A stretch of 64,000 bases of DNA from a phage. This document shows, one piece after another, positions 57,969 to 64,000 of the stretch (within the stretch, counting starts at the first letter, position 1; every line of letters starts with the position of its first letter). The stretch is from assembly GCA_012646185.1 (NCBI GenBank), contig GCA_012646185.1_4706.1; one strand, given 5' to 3'. Under the pieces are notes generated by a model. That model ran no database searches. It saw only the letters and a list, made by a program, of their open reading frames with translations, and was not told where the DNA came from. The position numbers and the translations under genes were made by a program.

Positions 57969-60017
57969 TCAAATACCCTTGGTTCCTTTCACGTGATGTG
58001 CGATTTCTTCAACCATTGCACGCAGAGCACGAAGCTGTTGGTCGTGTTCGTACCAACCACCTAACAGAACCCCGCTATACACCATGGTGTCAAGACTTAA
58101 CAGTCCTTTATCTGATACGTTGATCATTTCAGGGAACTGTTCTTGAACACGCTGTGCGATAACACCGATCTTCTCGACATCAGGATCGTAGTTGTGACGG
58201 AAACGGGCAAGCCCGCTGCGCGCCATTTCACGTAAACGTTCACTGAGAGATTCCGGATGATCTTTCAGATAACGGATGTCGTGTTTACTACGCTCATCCG
58301 AGCGAATGTAAGCGTTAGGAACATCGATATTGCTGTTGAAGTACAGCGCACTACCACCGCCTGCAGAGTTCCCCCAATAGAAGCGTGTGATCTCACCGCC
58401 GCCATTTTCCGTGATGATAACATGTTTACCTAAACGCGTACCACCATTACCATCAACGAAGACCAGTTTGTTTCCGCTGTAAGAACCCCAGAACAAGCGT
58501 GTATCGATGATGTGCGTCGCAGCGAGACGGGCGTTACGTGGTGTAGAATACACGGTGTTCACATCTTGCTGTGCATGCGCATCGGAAGCGATACCGTAGT
58601 TCTGTACGTTACCCAATCCTACCTGCGCTTTTGTAACAGCATGTGGGTTGTCTCGACGGTTAGCGTGAGCGTTAACCAGATCACCCGCTAATTTCTGAAT
58701 TGCCCAGTTGGTAGACTGTGGCGTCATGTAACGGTTCGTTGCAGAACCACCTTGCGCTTCAGCTTGGTTAGCGGTTGGATAGTTCTCAACACTTCCTAAC
58801 CCTACTTGTGCTTTAGACACTTGGTGTGGGTTATTCTTGTCAGCGATGTGTGCATTAAGCGGAACTAACGCAAAGGTCTCAATGGACGCTTTGGTTGTGT
58901 TCGGTGCCATTAATCGGTTAGCTGCAACACCGGCACGCGCTTCTTCTTCAGACGCCATTGGGTAGTCTTGCACATTCCCTAACCCAACCTGTGCTTTGGT
59001 CACCCTGTGTGGGTTGTTGTAATCGGCTTTATGCGCATTAAGTGGAATCAATGCGAACTGTTCGATCGCGGCAACGGTACGTAGCGGTGTCATGAAACGG
59101 TTGTTCGCTGTTCCGGCTTTCGCCTCATCATCCGAAGCGGTCGGGAAGTTATCAACGTTCCCAAGGTTAACCTGTGCTTTGGTGACGCTATGCGGGTTAT
59201 CCCGACGGTTAGCATGCGCGTCGACTAGATCGCCCGCCAGTTTAGCAATCGCCCATCCAACCGTTTGTGCGGTCATGTATCGGTCAGGTGCAGTACCGGC
59301 TTCTGCCTCCGCCTTGTTGGCGGTAGGATAGTTCTGTACGTTACCTAGTCCGACTTGGGCTTTTGTTACTTCGTGCGGGTTATCGGTACGGTTAGCATGC
59401 GCGTAATGCAGATCGGTCAGATCTTTATCCGCTGCTTGCATGTCTTTGCGTAGCTGATCGATTGCCGCCCAGAGACGGTTATCGGATGCGGCGTCACCGA
59501 TAAGTATTGCGGCTTTCAGTGAATAGATCGCTAAGCAAAGATGTTCGGTACCGTAGATAGCACTAACGTGGTGGATGTGTGGTTCAGGCGGATAGAGTTC
59601 CGGTTTGTTCTTGATGTCATCCCAGTTGATCGGACGATCGTCAAGTTTGAGTTCTTCGATAGCCTGATATAACGCGTCAATAAGACTTACGTAAACACCA
59701 CCGATGATACGATAGTCGTTAACTAATGTACCCTCGATATCATCGTTGATAATGGCGATGGCTGCACAGATTTCTTTACCCGCGTAAAGCGTTGCATCCT
59801 GATACAAGAAGATGGGTTTATAATCCACGCCTCGTACCAGTGTCTTACCGGTAAGCTTTTCAGTGATGACCAGACTTTCGGTGAAGAACGGTCCGCCATC
59901 GAGGGCGTAACATTTATTCTCGGTTCGTGGAACGGTATGCTCTTCACCAACGATGTGGTTGCTGGCGAGTGTACCGGTCCAGTCCTCGGGGTACTTCAGG
60001 GTAATTGGTGTCGACAT
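57969..60017 (-). CDS. tail fibre protein with tandem repeats and C-terminal intramolecular chaperone domain
   Basis: Five ~60-aa repeats each carrying HxxxxxNPHxVTKAQVGLGNVxNYP; C-terminal SDERSKHD...GGWYEHDQQLRAL resembles the autoproteolytic chaperone domain of phage fibres and endosialidases. Confidence 0.75.
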   Translation of the reverse strand: MSTPITLKYPEDWTGTLASNHIVGEEHTVPRTENKCYALDGGPFFTESLVITEKLTGKTLVRGVDYKPIFLYQDATLYAGKEICAAIAIINDDIEGTLVNDYRIIGGVYVSLIDALYQAIEELKLDDRPINWDDIKNKPELYPPEPHIHHVSAIYGTEHLCLAIYSLKAAILIGDAASDNRLWAAIDQLRKDMQAADKDLTDLHYAHANRTDNPHEVTKAQVGLGNVQNYPTANKAEAEAGTAPDRYMTAQTVGWAIAKLAGDLVDAHANRRDNPHSVTKAQVNLGNVDNFPTASDDEAKAGTANNRFMTPLRTVAAIEQFALIPLNAHKADYNNPHRVTKAQVGLGNVQDYPMASEEEARAGVAANRLMAPNTTKASIETFALVPLNAHIADKNNPHQVSKAQVGLGSVENYPTANQAEAQGGSATNRYMTPQSTNWAIQKLAGDLVNAHANRRDNPHAVTKAQVGLGNVQNYGIASDAHAQQDVNTVYSTPRNARLAATHIIDTRLFWGSYSGNKLVFVDGNGGTRLGKHVIITENGGGEITRFYWGNSAGGGSALYFNSNIDVPNAYIRSDERSKHDIRYLKDHPESLSERLREMARSGLARFRHNYDPDVEKIGVIAQRVQEQFPEMINVSDKGLLSLDTMVYSGVLLGGWYEHDQQLRALRAMVEEIAHHVKGTKGI

Positions 60018-60030
60018 AACCTGGAGGTCC

Positions 60031-62634
60031 TTATAACGTGACTGTACCTAATTTGGTTGTCTTATTGAGATTAATGACAGAGATCTGGGTATCGCTGGTC
60101 GTGATGGTGCCAATATTAACGCGCTGTCCTTTATCATCTTCTTGCTTGTAGATGGTTAACTCCAGTTCTAACTGGTCGCCATTAGGAACAACGGAAACGT
60201 ACCATGTTTTATTACCTGGTGAACTATTATAGTCTTTTAGGTTATAATGACCTTTAGGTAAGGTCATGACCTTACCGGCAAACAAGCAAGTGATGTCTTC
60301 GTTGATGTAGATATCGTAACCGGAAGCAGCAACGACCGTAGAAACCATGTAACGGCTTTTAACAGCGAGAGCTTTATATTCCGCAACGGAATTACCGACA
60401 GCACTAAAGACCTGACCACCATTACCCATCACCGTAGAGACTGCGGTATCAACATAACCGATTCCCCACACTGGATGCACGTTCCAGCGCCAGCCGCTTG
60501 TCTGTAGGTAAGCATACATACCTTCAAATGCGATGGTTGTCCAGTTCCCATCGTTTTGTCGCCCAGCTCGGAACTGGTAGGTGTTCTGGTTCCCTGCAGC
60601 CTGCCGGGAATACGGAACATGTCCCGCAACAAGCCACCCATCACTCACCTTCTTGTAAGCTAATGCACCCCAGGCAGCATACTGACTACCGATAGTTGTT
60701 GTATCGGCTTCCTCGACATAACCCAGCAGTTTGGTTACACCCGTCACCGTAATAGCACCTTTACGTGCGGATACGGTAACTTCCGCAGCGATTCGTCCAT
60801 GTACGCGCGTGCTGTTATTACAGCCAGCAACAAACAGAATACAGGGTGCGTTTGTACCATCTGGAGGTACGGCTAACGCATGCTGCCACTGACTTACCCC
60901 TGATAACTTAGATCCTGTATATGCGTTCCACACGAGCTGTCCGCCTGCTTGCAGGTTGGCTGCGGTTATGCTGACGGCTTCACCGGAAGGTGCGAGTTTG
61001 GTGGCGTCATATCCGATATTACCGGATAAGTTTGAATCGGTTAAATAAGACCCGCTAACTACCGTATTGTCGTCACTTAAATGTACGGTTAGGAAAGGTC
61101 GCGACAACTGACCTGCGCTAACCACCACGTTGTTGGAAGGTGGAAAACCGTAAACGTCTATACCCTCACCTCGATAACGATAGCTAAGGTTCCAATCGTA
61201 GGTCACCAAACGGGCTTCGAAATTACCTTGCCCGCCAGCCGTACGCGAGTTAACGAAAACCTTGTTTTTAGCAAAGAAACCCAGGTAACCATGGGACGCA
61301 AGTGCACCGACGATACGATCGTCAACGCTTTTCCAGTTTGAGTCGTACTGTATTCCACCAGTAGGACCGAGTTTGGCAAGTTCGTCAAACACGTTTCCAG
61401 AGAAACCTCTGATAGTGTACGATCGTGCGTAGGGGGCGGATAAGTTGTCGTTTTGAATCACAGCGACTTGACCACGTTCATCGATTTCAATATTTCCCGT
61501 ACTGTTACCCGAACCCCACTGCCAGAAACCGTCATTATACCCGCTTGTCCCCGCCGTCGTGTTGGAAGGTCCTACCCAGTCTATTCCGCTATCGGTTGAC
61601 ACGTACGTGGATTGTCCAGCACCTGGGTTCATGCTGTAACTGTTGTTGGTGGTTTCAAAATCCAGATAGAACTGATGTACCCCGTTCTTTTGCTGATTTT
61701 TGCGGTTGTTTGTCCACCATGACGAAGCAATCAGAATACGTGCTTTCGTGCCTTTGGTTGCTGCATGCAGACGAATCTGAGCACGCCAGACGATTTGACC
61801 GATCCCGTCAGAAGGGAAATCATTCGTAGTTATGCGGTTGCAGACAATCATCTCGGCACTGTTGCTTATCGCCGTTCCTTCTATCGTTCTACCGCTAATA
61901 TTCGTAAGCTGCGTAGCCGCTACGCTGCCACCGCTGGGACCGATGGAAGATTTAGTTACGGTATAAACATTTAAGTAGAGTTTATAACTGTTAGTGCCAG
62001 CAATAGCGATGTAGATTTTACCGTTAATTTCCCAACAGCAGATATGCGGTGACGTATCAACAAAGTTGGCAAGACTACCATCGAGATACATGGCGACGTG
62101 TTTGGATGCATCAAACGTTCCGTCTGTCAATGCGATAAACATTTTAGGGCTGCTACCGTCTTCAAAAGCAGCTTGACCTAACATGATACCGTTCTGGTGA
62201 CAGTATATCACCGTAGGAATACGATCGAGCGTTGCGGGCTCATAGCGACGGCTGGTTGGAATAACTTCAGTGATCTGTCCGTTTTGATTTGTTTTACAGA
62301 TAACGTAGTAAACCCCTTTCTTTACGCTGTTCGTTGCCGAACGCAGTAACACGATAGTACCGTCGGATTCACGACATACGCCGTAACGACGATAGTCGAC
62401 GGTTAAGGCGATAGCACCATCAGCGGAGCCTTCGATTGCCAGAGGAAAATAACTTTGGTCCCCAACCTGTTCGATATCGGTTACGCCAATATCGATGTAT
62501 TTTTCCATCTCAGTGTTGAACTCAGCGGTACTGTAGGCACCGAGATCGCTCGCGTTTAGTCCCGTTGGATTGTTGCGACTGGCGATACGCGTAGTAACGC
62601 TATTCACCAGCTCGCTGAACTTTTTCATTGCCAT
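60031..62634 (-). CDS. tail fibre or tailspike protein candidate
   Basis: 867-aa ORF with GAGGTG RBS located inside the fibre cluster; no catalytic motif identified. Confidence 0.45.
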   Translation of the reverse strand: MAMKKFSELVNSVTTRIASRNNPTGLNASDLGAYSTAEFNTEMEKYIDIGVTDIEQVGDQSYFPLAIEGSADGAIALTVDYRRYGVCRESDGTIVLLRSATNSVKKGVYYVICKTNQNGQITEVIPTSRRYEPATLDRIPTVIYCHQNGIMLGQAAFEDGSSPKMFIALTDGTFDASKHVAMYLDGSLANFVDTSPHICCWEINGKIYIAIAGTNSYKLYLNVYTVTKSSIGPSGGSVAATQLTNISGRTIEGTAISNSAEMIVCNRITTNDFPSDGIGQIVWRAQIRLHAATKGTKARILIASSWWTNNRKNQQKNGVHQFYLDFETTNNSYSMNPGAGQSTYVSTDSGIDWVGPSNTTAGTSGYNDGFWQWGSGNSTGNIEIDERGQVAVIQNDNLSAPYARSYTIRGFSGNVFDELAKLGPTGGIQYDSNWKSVDDRIVGALASHGYLGFFAKNKVFVNSRTAGGQGNFEARLVTYDWNLSYRYRGEGIDVYGFPPSNNVVVSAGQLSRPFLTVHLSDDNTVVSGSYLTDSNLSGNIGYDATKLAPSGEAVSITAANLQAGGQLVWNAYTGSKLSGVSQWQHALAVPPDGTNAPCILFVAGCNNSTRVHGRIAAEVTVSARKGAITVTGVTKLLGYVEEADTTTIGSQYAAWGALAYKKVSDGWLVAGHVPYSRQAAGNQNTYQFRAGRQNDGNWTTIAFEGMYAYLQTSGWRWNVHPVWGIGYVDTAVSTVMGNGGQVFSAVGNSVAEYKALAVKSRYMVSTVVAASGYDIYINEDITCLFAGKVMTLPKGHYNLKDYNSSPGNKTWYVSVVPNGDQLELELTIYKQEDDKGQRVNIGTITTSDTQISVINLNKTTKLGTVTL

Positions 62635-62646
62635 TATTCACCTCGA

Positions 62647-63132
62647 TTAAATAGGCGAGTCAGGAAGCTGTCCGTCGTCGATTTCAACGGTGCCGATCTT
62701 ACGTGTTGCCGCGAGGTGCACGGTACCCTGAATTTTGTTCCATGTCCCGATACGCATCACGTTTCTGTAATTACTGTTGCTATCTGTTAACGTGTAGGCG
62801 AAACCGCTATCGGTGACAGCAAGATAAACCCAGCCAACAGATTCACTTACACCAGACACATCCAACGTCGTTGCAGGAACAACACCCTCTTTGGTATTGT
62901 ATTCGGCAACACCTTCCGACAAACTTATTCTTCCGTTGTTGTAAGAACCAGACGGTACGATACGATCGCGACTGAAAAAAAGAAAGGGAAGGTAACGCTG
63001 GGTAACAAGCGGTGCAAGTTTAGGAGCCACTTCGGTCTTAACGTAGACATTTGTTTGTGCTGGCGTTACCTCGTGAGGGTTCTTTTGGGTGAGATACGCT
63101 CCCCATTCAGAAAGCAATGTTGATAGCTTCAT
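62647..63132 (-). CDS. small tail-fibre-related protein
   Basis: N-terminal KNPHEVTPAQTNVY shares the NPH-VT-AQ motif of the fibre repeats. Confidence 0.45.
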   Translation of the reverse strand: MKLSTLLSEWGAYLTQKNPHEVTPAQTNVYVKTEVAPKLAPLVTQRYLPFLFFSRDRIVPSGSYNNGRISLSEGVAEYNTKEGVVPATTLDVSGVSESVGWVYLAVTDSGFAYTLTDSNSNYRNVMRIGTWNKIQGTVHLAATRKIGTVEIDDGQLPDSPI

Positions 63133-63136
63133 GCGG

Positions 63137-63646
63137 TTACCCCATGTAACGTTTTTGGCCGAGGATGAAGACTTTGTTAAATACCACCGAAGTGATTCCT
63201 GTTGCGTTACAGCTCACCTGCCCGACGCGAATTGCTGTTGACGTATCGACCCCAGCACTACTCTGCCAGATCCAATCGATCGATCCGTCTTTCTGACGAA
63301 TGAAAAGATAACCGGTTTTGTTCGCCCAGTCGGAAGTAAGTTTTTTGATGTCTAGCGTTCCTTTCGCCAGAATATAGTCGGTACCGGCGATCATGACGGG
63401 TATTTCAGGATACGAGATTACCGTACCGCTGGCGGTAACGTTGCTGATGCGATCACTACGAATATCGGTACAGTCACCGAAATACGCTACGGGGAGTATC
63501 CCCTTAGGGAGCTTTTTGCCGATTCTCGTATCGATCGTGTTTTTATCGGGTGCGTCGATTTGCGCTGCAGTGACTTGGTTAGGGTTATCCTTCCTTGCGT
63601 ACCATGCCGTCATGCGAGCACCCAATTCACTCATTTTTGTGCCCAT
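63137..63646 (-). CDS. small tail-fibre-related protein
   Basis: Start assigned to ATG at 63646 (track start 63652 is GTG); N-terminal KDNPNQVTAAQ motif. Confidence 0.45.
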   Translation of the reverse strand: MGTKMSELGARMTAWYARKDNPNQVTAAQIDAPDKNTIDTRIGKKLPKGILPVAYFGDCTDIRSDRISNVTASGTVISYPEIPVMIAGTDYILAKGTLDIKKLTSDWANKTGYLFIRQKDGSIDWIWQSSAGVDTSTAIRVGQVSCNATGITSVVFNKVFILGQKRYMG

Positions 63647-63680
63647 TTTCACATCCTATCGAAAAATAAAAAGAAGGAAA

Positions 63681-63698
63681 GGTGGGTAGAACCCACCC
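63681..63698 (-). terminator. intrinsic terminator hairpin
   Basis: ggtgggt agaa cccacc followed by a long U-run on the minus strand, directly after the stop at 63704. Confidence 0.6.
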
Positions 63699-63703
63699 AT
63701 CCG

Positions 63704-64000
63704 TTATAACGTTTCGAAGTCGGTTGCTTTGATAACCGCGTTGAAGTTGGCAAGGAATTCCTTAAGCAATGCTTGGAAGACATCACGAAACGCTGTGTTC
63801 GTCTGCAAGCTGGTTAAATAATCGTTCTTAAGGTAATCGCTCAGCTTACCGATCTTCTGCATCTTCTCGCCGTCTTGGTTCTCTCCAGGTTCTTGGCTGT
63901 TGATGTTAACCCATTTGATCCCTTCGAGATCGCCATCGGCAAGGAAGTTAGCGGGCGTCTCATCGTCGTTCAGGATTTTAATCGTGTCGCTGGATTCAAT
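63704..64000 (-). CDS. hypothetical protein, 3' end only (start outside window)
   Basis: Minus-strand frame open from the window edge to TAA at 63704-63706; not in the ORF track because it lacks a start in the window. Confidence 0.5.
   Translation of the reverse strand: MESSDTIKILNDDETPANFLADGDLEGIKWVNINSQEPGENQDGEKMQKIGKLSDYLKNDYLTSLQTNTAFRDVFQALLKEFLANFNAVIKATDFETL

Noticed and set aside
58300-59500. Repetitive sequence within 57969..60017 as a possible CRISPR-like or non-coding repeat array
   Set aside because: The repeats are in-frame protein repeats inside a continuous ORF (fibre repeat units), with no spacer-repeat structure.

Overview
The window reads as densely packed double-stranded DNA phage sequence, most consistent with a phiKZ-like jumbo myovirus of an enterobacterial host, though no database search was possible. 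It carries a tail fibre cluster, a GH108-type endolysin, a giant ~2200-aa virion protein with an embedded lysozyme-like domain, replication and recombination genes (Rad50/SbcC-like, RuvC-like, RecA-like, RNase H, dTMP kinase) and runs of small early-type genes. The most interesting feature is a split multisubunit RNA polymerase beta-prime gene: the N-terminal gene appears to be interrupted by a ~2 kb group I intron that encodes an HNH homing endonuclease, and the catalytic DFDGD-type motif sits in a short downstream exon absent from the ORF track. Other recurring signals are a conserved CTATATTAC promoter-like motif found four times upstream of minus-strand genes, families of long polypyrimidine/polypurine hairpins at gene ends, and an ~850 bp AT-rich non-coding region with repeats. 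Several ORF-track starts are GTG/TTG extensions; starts were re-derived from ATG plus Shine-Dalgarno where checked. All functional calls rest on motif recognition by eye and need confirmation.
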